Source: the human T2T-CHM13v2.0 reference genome, Homo sapiens. Taken from it: a stretch of DNA of 64,000 nt. Of this stretch, positions 1 through 15,227 are shown in pieces. The translations under genes and the position numbers were made by a program. The notes below the pieces were generated by a model. That model made no database searches. It had not been told where the DNA came from and worked only from the letters and a program-made list of their open reading frames with translations. The first letter of the stretch is position 1, and every line of letters starts with the position of its first letter. Location of the stretch: assembly GCF_009914755.1 (NCBI RefSeq), contig NC_060947.1; one strand, 5' to 3'.

Positions 1-3000
1 TAGAAGCAATCTGTTGCAATCTTAGTTTATGACCAAACAGACTTTAAACAACAACAACAACAACAAAATCAAGAAAGAGAAAGAAGGGCATTACATAATG
101 GTAAAGGGATCAATTCAACAAGAAGAGCTAATTATCCTAAATATATGTGTATCCAACACAGGAGCACAGATTCATGAAAGAAATTCTTGGAGACCTATAA
201 AGAGACTTGGACTCCCACACAATAATACTGGGAGAGTTTTACATGCCACTGACAATATTAGACAGATCATTGAGTCAGAAAATTAACAATGATATTCAGG
301 ACTTGAACTTAGCTCTGGATCAAGTGGACCTGATGGATATCTACAGAACTCTCTACCCAAAAACAACAGAGTATGCATTGTTTTTAGTGCCACATGGCAC
401 TGACTCTAAAATTGATCACATAATTGGAAGTAAAACACTCCTCCACAAATACACAAGAACTAAAATCTTAACAAACAGTCTCTCAGACCACAGGACAATC
501 AAATTAGCACTCAAGATTGAGTAATTCACTCAAAACCACACAACTACTTGGAAATTGAACAACCTGCTCCTGAATGCCTCCTGGGTAAATAATGAAATTA
601 AGGTAGAAAAGAAGAAGTTCTTTGAAACCGATATGAACAAAGAATGTACTAGAATCTCTGGATGCAGCAATGTTGAGGGAAATTTATAACACTGAATGCC
701 CACATCAAACAGCTAGAAAGAGCTCAACTTATCAAACTAACATCTCAACTAAAAGAACTAGAGAAGCAACAGCAAACAAATCCCAAAGCTAGCAGAATAC
801 AAGAAATAACTAAGATCTGAGTGGAACTGAAGGAAATAGAGACATGAAAAACCCTTGAAAAAAATTCAATGAATCCAGGAGCAGTTTCTTGAAAAAATTT
901 AAGAAATAGACCACTAGTTAGACTAATAAAGAAGAAAAGAAAGAAGAATGAAATAGACACAATAAAAAATGATAAATGTGATATCACTACTGATCCCACA
1001 GAAATACAAACGACCATCAGAGAGTACTATAAACACCTGAATGCAAATAAACTAGAGAATCTAGAAAAAATTGATAAATTCCTGGACACATTCACCCTCC
1101 AAAGACTAAAACAGGAAGAAGTTGAATCCCTGAATAGACCAATAACAAGTTCTGAAATTCAGACCGTAATAATCTATCAACCAAAAAAAATCCCAGGACC
1201 AGACGGATTTACAGCTGAATTCTACCAGAGGTACAAAGAGGAGCTGGTACCATTTCTTCTGAAATTATCTGAAAGAATTGAAAAGGAGTGACCCCTCCCT
1301 AACTCATTTAATGAGGCCAGCATCATCCTGATACCAAAACCTAGCAGATATACAACAAAAAACAAAAACTTCAAGCCAACATTCCTGCTGAATATTGATG
1401 CCAAAATTTTCAGTAAACTTTCAATAAAATACTGGCAAACCAATTCCAGCAGCACATCAAAAAGCCTACCCACCACAATCAAGTTTGCTTCATTCCCAGG
1501 ATGCAAGGCCGATTCAAGCCATGCAAATCAATAAACAGAGCTGAAGACAAAAACACATGATTAACTCAACAGACGCAGAAAGGGCCTTTGATAAAATTCA
1601 ACATCCCTTCATATTAAAAATTCTCAGTAAAGTAAATATTGATGGAAGATACCTCAAAATAATAAGAACCATTTATGACAAACCCACAGACAATACCATA
1701 CTTAATGAACAATAGCTGGAAGCATTCCCTTTGAAAACCAGCACAAGACAAGGATGCACTCTCTCAACACTTTTATTCAATGTAGTATTGGAAGTTCTGG
1801 CCAGAGAAATCAGGCAATAGAAAGAAATGAAGGTATTGAAATTGGAAGAGGAGAAGTCAAACTGTCTCTATTTGCAGGTGATGTGATCCTATATCTTGAA
1901 AACCCCATCATCTCAGCCCAAAAGCTTCTTAACCTGATAAGCAACTTCAGTAACATTGGAAAAATCAATATCATGAAAATGGCCATACTGCCCAAAGTAA
2001 TTTATAGATTCAGTGCTATTCCCATTTAACTACTATTGTCATTTTTCACAGAATTAGAAAAAAAAACTATTCTAAAATTTATATGGAACCAAAAAAGAGC
2101 CCAAATAGCCAAGACAATCCTAAGCAAAAAGAACAAAGCTGGAGGCATCATGCTACCTGATTTCAAACTATACTATAAGGCCACACTAACCAAAACAGCA
2201 TGGTACTGGTACAAAAACATAGACCAATGGAACAGAGTAGAGAACCCAGAAATAAGACCACCCATCTACAACCATCTGATCTGCAACAAACCTAACAAAA
2301 ACAAGCAATGGGGAAAGGATTCCTGCCCAAGGCAATGAGAGCCTACCTCTTGCATCAGCAAGACCTGGATGTGAGACATGAAGTCGAAAGAGATTATTTT
2401 GGAACTTTAAGGTTTAATGACTGCCCTATTGGATTTCAGACTTGGATGGGGCCTGTAGCCCCTTCGTTTTGGCCAATTTCTTCCACTTGGAATTGGTGTA
2501 TTTACTCAATGCCTGTAGCCCCATTGTATCTAGAAAGTAACTAACTTGCTTTCAGTTTTACAGGCTCATAGGTGGAAGGGACTTGCCTTATCTCAGATGA
2601 GACTTTGGACTTGGAATTTTGGGTTAATGCTGGAATGAGTAAGACCTTGATACTGTTGGAAATACATGGTTGTGTTTTGAAATGTGAGGACATGAGATTT
2701 GGGAGGGTCCAAGGGTGGAATGATATGGCTTGGTTTTGTCCCTACCAAAATCTCATCTCATTGAATTGTGGTTTCCATAATCCCCATGTGTCTTGGGAGG
2801 GACCAGGTGGAGATAATTGAATCATGGGGGTGATTTCCTTCTTCTTTTTTTCGTTATGATAGTGAGTTAGTGCTCATGAGATCTGATGGTTTTCTAACGG
2901 GCTTCCCCCTCACTAGGCAGTCGTTCTTCTGCTGCCACCATGTGAAGAATGACATGTTTGCTTCTCCTTCTGCCATGATTATAAGTTTCCTGAGGCCTCC

Positions 3001-4385
3001 CCAGCTATGCTGAACTGAGTCAATTCAACCCTTTTCTTTTATGAATTACCCAGTCTTGGGTATGCCTTTATTAGTAGCATGAGAACAGACTAATACTATT
3101 CCCTATTTAATAAATGGTGCTGGAAGAACTGGCTAGCCATATGCAGAAAACTGAAACTGGACCCCTTTCTTACACTTTATATAATAACTAACTCAAAATG
3201 GATGAAACACTTAAATGTAAAACCTGAAACTATAAAAATCCTAAAAGAAAATCTAGGCGATACCATTCAGGACATAGGCACGGGCAAAGATTTTATGACA
3301 AAAACATCAAAAGCAATTGCAAAAAAAGCAAAAATTTACAAATGGGATTCTGTTAAACTAAAGAGCTTCTGCACAGCAAAAGAAACTATCATCAGAGTAA
3401 ACAGACAGTCTACAGAATGGGAGAAACTTTTTGCAACCTATCCATCTGACAAATGTCTAATATCCAAAATCTACAAGAAACAAACAAATTTATAAGAAAA
3501 CAACCCTGTTAAAAAGTGGGCAAAGGACATGAACAGACACTTCTCAAAAGAACACATACATGTGGCCAACAAACATATGGAAACAAGCTCAACATCACTG
3601 ATCATTAGAGAAATGCAAATCAAAACCACAATGAGATACCAACTCACACCAGTCAGAATGGCAATTATTAAAAAGTCAAGAAACAACAGATGATGGCAAG
3701 ACTGCGGAGAAGAAGGAATGTTTTTACACTGTTGGTGGGAATGTAAATTAGTTCAACTTTTGTGGAAGACAGTGTGGCTATTCCTCAAAGACCTAGAACC
3801 AGAAATATCATTTGACCCAGCAGTCCCATTACTGTGTATATACCCGTAGGAATATAAATTGTTCTATTATAAAGATACATGCACGCATATGTGCATTGCA
3901 GCACTATTCACAATATCAAAGACATGCAATCAACACACACGCCCATCAGTGATAGACTGGTTAAAGAAAATGTGGTACATGTACACCATAGAATACTATG
4001 TAGCCATAAAAAGCAACAAGATCATGTTTTTTTTTTTTTTTTTTTTTTTTTGCAGAGATGTGGTTGGAGCTGGAAGCTGTTATCCTCAGCAAACTAATGC
4101 AGGAGGAGAAAACCAAATACTGCAAGTTCTCACTTATAAGTGGGAACTGAATGATGAGAACATTTGGACATGGTAAGGGGAGGACAACATGCAGTGGGGC
4201 CTGTTGGGGAGTATGGCAGGAGGGAAAGCATCAGGAAATTCACTAATAGATGCTGGGCTTAATAACTTGATGATGGGATGATCTGTGCAGCAAACCACCA
4301 TGGCACATGTTTACTAATGTAACAAACCTGCACATTCAGCACATGTACCCCTGAACTTAAAATAAAGCAAAATAAAAATAAAAAT
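1..4385 (+). mobile_element. Old LINE-1 (L1PA11-15-like): degenerate ORF2 through 3'UTR/poly(A); 5' part lies outside the window
   Basis: ORF fragments match L1 ORF2 ([16 protein letters not shown] endonuclease, [29 protein letters not shown]). 3'UTR GATGCTGGGCTTAATA...CACATGTACCCCTGAACTTAAAATAAA with A-rich tail at ~4360-4385. Internal deletion near 1950. Confidence 0.93.
2324..3097 (+). mobile_element. THE1/MaLR remnant: 3' end of internal region (2324-2720) plus one LTR (2721-3097)
   Basis: Internal sequence TGCCCAAGG...GAGATTTGGGAGGGTCCAAGGGTGGAA, then LTR TGATATGGCTTGG...GAGAACAGACTAATACT. Flanked by 5-bp direct repeat ATTCC (2319-2323, 3098-3102) within L1 ORF2. Confidence 0.9.
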
Positions 4386-4479
4386 ATAATTTTTCCCCAT
4401 TCAACATCATGGACTTCCTGAAGTTCTCTAGACCTTGGATTAAGAAGACATATCTACAGTACGTCAGATTTGATGTGTC

Positions 4480-4770
4480 ACAAAATACATACATCTTTTG
4501 CCTGAATCACTCTCTAAGGTTGCTGTACTAGCTTTCATTCCCATCAGCAGTATTGGAAAATCTGTATTATCTCACACACTCACCAACCATTTATATTGTT
4601 TTCCAACTTGATGGGTTAAAATAACATCGCATTTTTGTTATAATGTGAAATTCCTTGGTAACTAATGAGGCTGAACATCTTTTCATCTGTTTGTTGGCAA
4701 TTTTGGCTTTCTGATTCTGTGAATTGCCTTTGTACATTTTCTATTAGGTCACTGGTGGTTTTCCAATAGG
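4480..4770 (-). mobile_element. Ancient L1M ORF2 3' fragment
   Basis: TTCCCATCAGCAGTATT...ACTAATGAGGCTGAACATCTTTTCAT resembles antisense L1 ORF2 3' region. Confidence 0.6.
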
Positions 4771-5299
4771 AAAATGACATAATCTCTGCCTTGCTCAATA
4801 CATAGGTCTCTTGTAGCTCTAGCACTTTCTGACCTGATTCTAGCATTTTGCTAAAAGTCTAGGTGAGTGGGTTCAAGCAAGGTAAAAACCATACAGACTG
4901 CAGTGGAGGAAGGGTAGAATACCACCAGGGAAAAGAGTTAAGAGGTTGTTTTAATAGTTAACTAGTGTACAAAAGGGCAGAATCAATGGTGGTGTAGAGA
5001 AGGAGACTAACGTAAGAGACCACACAGGATTTTGTTTGCGGGAAAGGGAAAAAATTAGAAGCCAAAATGGAAGCCGCAGAAATATTTTGGGAACAGTGGA
5101 CAGTTTTGTCTTCTCAGTCTCTATTCCTTTTAAATAAGTAAACTCTTAAATAGCATTTTCTTTCCCAGACCATATGTGTGTATGTGTGTACATATGTGTA
5201 TGTGTTTGTGTGTACAAAGTAACTAACAAACAATAAGCTCTAATTGTGAATGCTTTTTTGGAGCATTTGCTTCTAGAGATTCATACAGTTTCAGCCCAA

Positions 5300-5520
5300 T
5301 TTTAGCATGCTATTGAACCTGGGTTTTGGAACTTGGGTTCACATCTTAGCTCAAGCAGTGACAACTGTGTGACCTTGGGCAAATCATTTAGCCTCAATAT
5401 AATGCTGGCACAACGCTAGCTTCTACACAGAAGTATTGTGAGGTAAATATAAGGTAATGTATGTGAAGTATATAATATAGTGCCTGGCACAGAGTGAGTA
5501 TTCAGCACATTTGTTGAGTA
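5300..5520 (+). mobile_element. MIR SINE
   Basis: Core ACTGTGTGACCTTGGGCAAATCATTTAGCCTC and tail GTATTGTGAGG...AGTGCCTGGCACAGAGTGAG. Confidence 0.8.
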
Positions 5521-5724
5521 GATCAATCAAAATTGAGATTCCCAATGCTGAAGCCCTAGAAGCTGTCATAGTAGTTTGCATTAATTTGTTTTCCTTCCAT
5601 TTTAATTGTGATTTTAAATGTAATAACTCCTGGTGATAGACATAGTAATTCTTAGTTAACTAGACTGTAAGATTGATAAGAATCTGCCATTCATTTCCTA
5701 TGCCAAATGAAAACTTACTGGAAA

Positions 5725-5930
5725 CAATAACAATTCACATTTATTAGACAATATAATCATGCACTCTTAGAAGTACTTCACGTTAAATAAGCCATGAATC
5801 TCCACTGTAACATTATAAGAACTATTATTATCCCCATCTTATAGATGGGAAACTAAGGCATAAAGCAGTTATTTAACTTATCCAAGGTCAAACAACTACT
5901 GTGGTTCCTGAGTCTACATTTTAACTACTA
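5725..5930 (-). mobile_element. MIR SINE
   Basis: Antisense core ATTATCCCCATCTTATAGATGGGAAACTAAGGCA...AACTTATCCAAGGTCA. Confidence 0.8.
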
Positions 5931-7085
5931 TAGTCAAAGAGGAGGAGTGACCTGCCTAGTGCCACACAATATGTTAATATTAGACTAGGATTCAAATTAG
6001 ATTTTTCTATTCCTTCTGCTGCACATAGAGACATTTGGATTGTCAAATCCATTTTACTATGTTACTACATTTACCTTATAAGTTTATTTTTTATAGTTTT
6101 TATACAAATATATTTTAAGTGAAATACCATGTGGATATGTTATAAAGTAAACTTTTTATAATAAAGCCACATTTTTAAATGTCCAGTAGTTCACTGGAGA
6201 GGTTAGTGGTGGATTGAGGGAGGTGCTATATATCTATATTTAACATTTGATTTTAAAATAAGAGAGGTTGTTTCTATTATAGAAAATACTACAGAGGCTG
6301 GTCTAGAAATCTGTTTCCTGCTCCCAACCTTGGTCAAAGTCTAACCTGAAGGGAATAGTAGCAGGATCTATATGTTTTTATTTGTTATTAATTTTTCCCT
6401 GTAACGCAGAAGCTGACTGAAGAGCTAGTATTAGGGACCTGGCAAACTTGTAGGCATGCCATTGCTGTAGCAGTTGGTATGTATGCTGAGAGGGTGGCCT
6501 AAGAGAAGTAAGGTAGGCTTCCAAGCACAATGGCAGCCAGCCTAGAACATGGCCTCCTTGCTTGCCTGGTCAGAGGCTCCTGACCAATGCTGAAAGCATT
6601 CTTTCTGCCCTGGAGGAGGCAGAGGGCACAGTCACCCTTTCAGACAAAACCAGAAGCAGTTTGTAGGAAAGAGAAAATAGTAGAACGGGGAAGCGCAATG
6701 GAGGAAGATGCAGTTGGTCTGAGACTGACACTAATGTTCACTGTAGGGTATGGAAAAGATTGCTCTGCCATGAAAAGTGAGCAAGTATTCCCCCAGTGCA
6801 CTGGATGTAGTGATAATGGTAGTGTATGTTTGCTAGTGGGTGTGTGATTTTTTGAGGGGTAGTACTGATTGTGTCATAATCTTAAGTGGAATGGATATTT
6901 CCCTTCAGTTGTATATGATAACCTTTTATTTAGTTCTCTTTTTAGTTAAAGATAAAAGAAGGATTTTTGTAAAAAACGATGGACATAAAGCCAAATGAAG
7001 AAAAATTGCATTCATTTTGGATCAAGACTGTTTTACCTCTTCTCCCAATATATCTGACCCTACTCCCAAATAGCATTTGAAGTGT

Positions 7086-7545
7086 TTTATTTATTTTTAT
7101 TAATTTTAAATTCTTAAATTTTTATGGATACATAGTAGTTGTACATATCTATAGGGTACATGTAATACCAACATACAATGTGTAATGATCAAATATGGGT
7201 AATTGGGATATCCATCATCTCAAGCACTTATCATTTATTTGTGTTGAGAGCATTCCAGATCTCTTCTAGCTGTTTTGAAATGTACAATAAATTATTGTTA
7301 ACTATAGTGGCCCTATTGTGTTATCAAACACTAGGACTTATTTCTTCTATCTAACTGTATCTTTGTACCTGTTAACCAGCTCCTCTTCATTCTCCTATCC
7401 CCATTACCCTTCGCAGCCTCTGGCAATCACCATTACAAACTCTCTGCCTCCATGAAATCAGTTGTGTAGCTTCCACATAAAAGTGAGAACATGCATTTGT
7501 CTCTCGGTGCCTTACTTATTTCACTTAACATAGTTTTCTCCTAAT
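7086..7545 (-). mobile_element. L1MA-type 3'UTR fragment
   Basis: T-rich tail, then GGATACATAGTAGTTGTACATATCTATAGGGTACATG...GCAGCCTCTGGCAATCACCATT...GTGAGAACATGCA. Confidence 0.8.
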
Positions 7546-7797
7546 TTTTATTAACTTTAATTCCCACATTATTAACTATAAATAAAAATATACTACTCAG
7601 AAGAAAAAAGAAACCTATCTTTGACATAGCTCTGAATGAAAGTCATAATAAAGACTTTAGAGTTTTTTCTATTTATGTGTATGAATGTGTATTGGGTGGA
7701 AAGAAGAATGAAACTAGTCATAGCAGCTGAATTATGCCCTTTGGGCAAAGTTTGGTTTTCATAGAAACAAGTATGGCCTAACTCTCTGAGGGAAAAA

Positions 7798-7908
7798 TAC
7801 ACACACACACATCAATATGTTTTATTATATAATACATGTTAATTTACACACATATACATATTATTATATAATATATGCTAATTTCCTATACTATATGTAT
7901 ATATATAT
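7798..7908. repeat. (CA)n/(TA)n low-complexity microsatellite
   Basis: ACACACACAC followed by TA-rich units. Confidence 0.8.
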
Positions 7909-9429
7909 TCAGTTAAACCATAAAAAATTGCCATTTTTGTAGGTAAAAATTGTTAAATATTAGCAATTCTATATGGTTACACTGGGCATTTGTTTGTATG
8001 TGTGTGTGTGTGGTTTAAAACAAATGAGAGAGTAAGAGATTGACAGGAAGAAGGAGAGGGATGTGTGTGTTTGGTGTGTGTATGTCATGATAAAACTTTC
8101 AAGCTGTAGGAATCTGGCTATATTTAGACAGGATCTCAGAAAAGTGACTAGGACATTCTTTTCAACATATTTTTAAGGAATGAACTTCCACCTTCTTTAG
8201 TAGAGCTCTTTGATCATCTCAGGGATTTTAGGCTCTGACAGCCTTTACTTTCCAGATGTTTTGGTCATTTGTTTGGGTGGAATCCCCATACTGCTGTTTA
8301 AGTCTGTTCAATCTGCTTTGAATTCTGTATAGAAGGAGAAAGGAAAGAACTCATCAGCATTATAAAAAAAATAGTAACAGCCAGTTGTATATGATAGTCT
8401 CCTGACTACAAAGGAAAAGTTAGTATTGGATTTCACAAATATGACCAGATCTTCTCAGATAGTCATTTGATATAAAAACCAGCCCCCTGGAGATTGTTAT
8501 ATGTTATTAAGCCACTCTTTAGACTTCTCTTGGAGAATGGATCTTTACTAAACTATGGCTGCTGTTTTAGAATCTTCCTTTCAGAGAGTGCTGAGAATAC
8601 CTAGGAATAAAATGCACTTCTTTCCCAGAAAATTTTTCGTTGACTGTCTATTTTAAAGGTTATTGGATTATCTTCATTAACATTCAGTTGATGTATTGAG
8701 CACTTGCTCTATGCAGCAAACTCTGCAAAGACCTATGTTTTGGATATTCACAAATACTTTAACATCTCTGTGGCAGATTACTGAGAGTGGACTTAGTTTT
8801 TGGAATAAAGAGTCAAAAGCAGAGGTGGGTACATAAAGTTAGTGATGAGGGTTATGTGGTAAGATAAAGTCCTGAGGCTGATTTTCTTCTATGCATATAG
8901 AAGTAATAGTAGACTTTAATGGTGTTTGGCTCAGAAAACCAAGAATAGTTATCTTGGAGCTATCATGGTCCTCTCCACAAAGTCCCTGAGGAACACAAGA
9001 AAGAATGGTAAGGGAAAGGAATGTAACACATAGTTAGACAGACTTGTTTCCTAGAACTCTATTCAGAGAACTGTGGTAGGTCAAGCTAGATCTTATGGTT
9101 AAGTTTGGAGGCCTGTGAGGCCATTTTCCTCTACCTAAACTCAAACCTTAATCTCAGAGTCTTATTTGACAGCTGACTGCAATGTGACAGAAGGCCACAA
9201 TGATAAGCTTGATTAATAAAAACAGAATAGAGAATTGACCACAATCAAGTATTGATGTGTCGTGGCATCTGACCAGTCAGATAAAAGTTAGGTGGAAGGC
9301 ACAACAAAGTTTTTAGTTATTATATCCCTTATTCTAGAATTCTACATACACCAAATATGAAAGGAGTTCTAAAACAGCATTTTGAACATAATGGAAATCA
9401 GCATGTATTCAGCTGGAGTGCTATTTAGG

Positions 9430-9910
9430 ACAGCACTTTTATTTAGAGAAGATAAGAGCTCTGGGGAAAAAAAAGGAAAGATTGTGAAGGGCAATATAAG
9501 GCATGCTAAAGATTTTGGTGTTTAGAAACATCCTGCTACAGCAGCGTGGAGCATGCTTAGAAAAGAGGAGAAACTAGCAGCAGAAATACTGTCTAGAGGC
9601 TTTTGTGATAAGTCCATGTGAAACAGTGGGCCTTAAAGTAAGGTAGTAGACATTGGGCTGTAGAGAAGCAGGTAGATTCTAAAGTTATAAATGACATGAT
9701 ATGGTATCACCAATATTTGGCTATTGATTGGTTGTGGGAGAAGAGGAAGTAAAGGTGATTCACAGGATTCTGATTTGGGCAATGGAGTGAAGAATGGTGC
9801 CAAGGTACCAAAGGAAGAACAAGTTTTAGTCTGTGGATGCAGTATCAGACTGAAGATATTTTGTTCCAGAGTGTCTATGTTGAGGTGCTTCCGGAACATT
9901 TAGATAGACG
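9430..9910 (-). mobile_element. LINE-2 fragment
   Basis: Degenerate antisense L2 motifs (GATTGTGAAGGGC...GCTAAAGATTTTGG; GGATTCTGATTTGGGCAATGGAGTG; ATGTTGAGGTGC). Confidence 0.55.
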
Positions 9911-10049
9911 GCCTATTGTAAATACATATATGCAGTATATATGGTGAGAGTAGACTTAATTTTGGGAATAAACAAGTCAAAACCATTTTTAAACACTCTT
10001 ACTGTATTCCAGAAATAAAAGGCTTGCTCTACCTCTCCACTTTTACCTA

Positions 10050-10190
10050 TAAGTATAGCTGTGCTCCTGCCCTACTGAACTAATCACCATTCCAATAACA
10101 CAGAACACAGCATGCTCTTCACATCACAATACCTTTGTACATATTGTTCCCTTTGCCTCAAATGCTTCCTTTCTCTCCTCTTCAGTCAGA
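10050..10190 (+). mobile_element. LINE-2 3' fragment
   Basis: CCTTTGTACATATTGTTCCCTTTGCCTCAAATGCTTCC resembles the L2 3' motif. Confidence 0.55.
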
Positions 10191-10214
10191 ATATGTATGT
10201 TTACATTCTGATTT

Positions 10215-10790
10215 GCTGATATTTATTGTAATACAGCATACATATGAAAGAGTACAGAAATTATACATGCACAGCTCAGCAAGTTTTCATCAATTTAACA
10301 TACCTGTGTAATTGGCACCAGAAATATGAAACATTATTATTTCTCACCCATCTTATAGAATTATAGATTAGTACCATCTGTTTTTGAAATTTGTATGAAT
10401 GAAACCATATGATATCTATTTATTTGTATGTATCTTATTTCATGCAACTTAATGATTTTGAGATTCATTGATGCTGTTGTATGCAGCAGTGGTTTGTTCT
10501 TTTTTCATTTCTCAGTAGTATTTCATTGTATGACTATACCATAATTTATTTACTCTTTCTAAGACTGATGGACATTTGGGTCATGTTCAGTTTTTGGCTA
10601 TTAATAATAATCATACAATTAAAATAATAAAAGCTGTATGAATTTTTTTGTAAGTAATTTTTTGCTACATATGTGCACACCCGTTTCTGTTGATTATATA
10701 TAAAGGGGTAGAATTGCGGTGCAAGAGGTTATGCATGTGATTAGTTTTAGTCAGTACTGCCAAATAGATTTCCAAAGTGGTTATACTGAC
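10215..10790 (-). mobile_element. L1ME/L1MD-type 3' fragment
   Basis: GAGATTCATTGATGCTGTTG...GATGGACATTTGGGTC...TACTGCCAAATAGATTTCCAAAGTGG. Confidence 0.7.
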
Positions 10791-11299
10791 CCGCTCTTTT
10801 TTTTTTTTTTACATAACTCCAAAAATACAGTTTTTCCCATTGAATTTTTTTGAAGTTAAATAGCAGAGATGTCAGAATTATGCTCATCAGGAAATACAAA
10901 GTACAGAAATATAATTTCTGTGAGTAGTTTTTAAGTACTACTAGTAAGTACTGCTAGTGAGTGGTAAGATTGATAGCTTCTAGTGAAAGTCTGGAATCCA
11001 AAGCTTGATATGTATCTAAATATATGTTTACCCCACCTTGGCACTGTGCTTTGCTGAGGGAACAGCAGGCCTTGTGCAGGTCCAAGATAATTCTCATAAA
11101 TACTTCATAGCCTCATTCAGTACATGAAAATTGGGTAATTGATGTCCCAGAAATGTGTGCAGAGAATAGAGCAAAAAAAAAAAAAATGCGTCTTGGAAAA
11201 AATTCAAAGCAAGTGTCAACCATATTCACTACAATTTAAACCAAAACAAAATGAAACAAACAAAAAGCCTCACATAAAATATCTGAATTTAAGATTACA

Positions 11300-12840
<1,541 letters not shown>

Positions 12841-13039
12841 CTTGTTATATACACTGGTATTCATACTTTTTTTTTTTAACACAAACACTCCTTTGATTGT
12901 TGCAAGAGTTTAATTTTTAGAGTTCTAAAAATGTTGATTTTGAGAATTATTACCAGCATTCTTATTGCTTTTATGGAAGAAAATATTTTTGCAGGTCTTT
13001 ACTCCCCCTTTTCAAAAATCTCAACTCTTAGCAGACTTT

Positions 13040-13425
13040 TCAATGGATGTAAAGAATGTCATTCTATCAACATGCTCTGATGCATTTATTCAGTAATCTA
13101 CTGATGGACATTTATTTAGGTTGTTTCTAGTATTTTGCTAGCACAAACAGAACTCCAGTGATATTTTTCCACATATAATTTTATACAACTGTATGAGAAT
13201 AGTCATACAAGTAGAATTATTTAGATCAGAGGATATATACATTTTAATATTTGATAGATATATATTAGTTTTCTCTAAGGAAGCTCTAACAAATTACATG
13301 CCCACCAATTTATGAGATTGAATGTTTCCACACATTTAATTTTTTAAAAAATTTATTTTACAACACTGCGTACTGACAATATTTTTAATCTTTATCAATC
13401 TGATGGTGAACAAAATGTCTTTTTA
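13040..13425 (-). mobile_element. Ancient L1ME fragment
   Basis: CTGATGGACATTT...GGTTGTTTCTAGTATTTTGCT...ATCTGATGGTGAAC. Confidence 0.5.
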
Positions 13426-13426
13426 A

Positions 13427-14153
<727 letters not shown>

Positions 14154-14170
14154 CCTTGGCCTCCCAAAGT

Positions 14171-15227
14171 ACTTTTCCTTCTCTAGCTATGCAATATTGT
14201 CCAATAATTGAGACTTTTAGAACCCAGAAATTGTCAGGATGGTTCTTTTGGGCTGGGAATTCATCAGGAACTGGGTCCGTAGGGACTAATTCTTGGGCTT
14301 CCCATGGCCATTGATCTCCTGTTACAGTTCCTCCACAAACATAACACAAAGTGATTTTAAAGACTGTGCTACATGCTCAGCTAATTGCAAAAACAAATTT
14401 CTAGTTTTTCCTGGAATCTCAGGTACTGGCACATTTAGTTCATCATAGAAAGTCTGAAATACTGGCTCTAGAGAGCGTTTTCGAACCTCTCCTTTTATTA
14501 AGATATTTATTCTAGGATCTTGTCCTTTTCCATCAATGCCTAGAGATACGTGCTCTCCTTTTTCCCACTTTGGGTCTGAAGGATTTGTAATTATTAATTC
14601 TAAAGGGTTGCAGCTTCCACTTGTGCAGGAGGGGCTGCTTTTTCCTTTTTGGAGCCAAACAAGATCTTATTCATCTTTTTTCCAAGTAGCCCAGATGACA
14701 CAAGACCAGTATTGACACACATTTGTACATGAATATGATTCATGGCAGATATACTTATTTTCTGCTGTGTAACTCTTTTCCCAATCTAGAGAACCGCATC
14801 TTATTCCTTGCTGATTACTATTAATAGTGGCACAAGTGTCGAATTTTAGGGTTACATGTTTGGGGACCCCTCTTTCTTCTGTTCTAGCTATTACTTTACT
14901 TGTGTCACCTAGAAAAGGGCCAGTCCTTAGTCTTATTTCAAATACCGTGATCATGGGAGGATCAGAGGGGTCATAACACACATCAGGCTGATCACTTTCT
15001 GGATTACATACTTTGTACTGAGTGTTATTATATAAACATGTTCCTTTTGGTGTTCCTAGGCACTCATAATAAATATAGGACAAAAAGATTGTTTTAACTT
15101 GTTGTCCTACCTCAGTGACCTGATGTACACACTGAAAGCAGTCCTCCGTGTGAAAAGAAGCAGTGGAAGCTTTTACCACACAAGTCCATGTCACAAGGAA
15201 AATAAGTCCCATGACAATTTTCCTCAT
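14171..15227 (-). pseudogene. HERV-E env: signal peptide plus SU only, disrupted, 3'-truncated
   Basis: MRKIVMGLIFLVTWTCVV signal peptide; CYVCGG...WPWEA..ELVPTDP...SIIGQYCIAREGK motif shared with HERV-E/ERV3 env. Ends abruptly at 14171, with no furin site, TM or PPT. Confidence 0.9.

Noticed and set aside
6587-6847. 86-aa ORF in unique sequence
   Set aside because: No recognisable motif or family; the length is compatible with chance.
8100-8360. Minus-strand splice acceptor (TTCTTTCCTTTCTCCTTCTATACAG| at 8325/8324)
   Set aside because: Strong-looking acceptor, but no convincing partner donor or recognisable peptide, and it is opposite to the orientation implied by the TE bias. Unsupported without RNA data.
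14667-15227. 186-aa env ORF as a domesticated secreted SU protein (suppressyn-like)
   Set aside because: It ends by frameshift/stop within SU, and neighbouring viral ORFs are equally decayed. The sequence gives no evidence of selection or expression.
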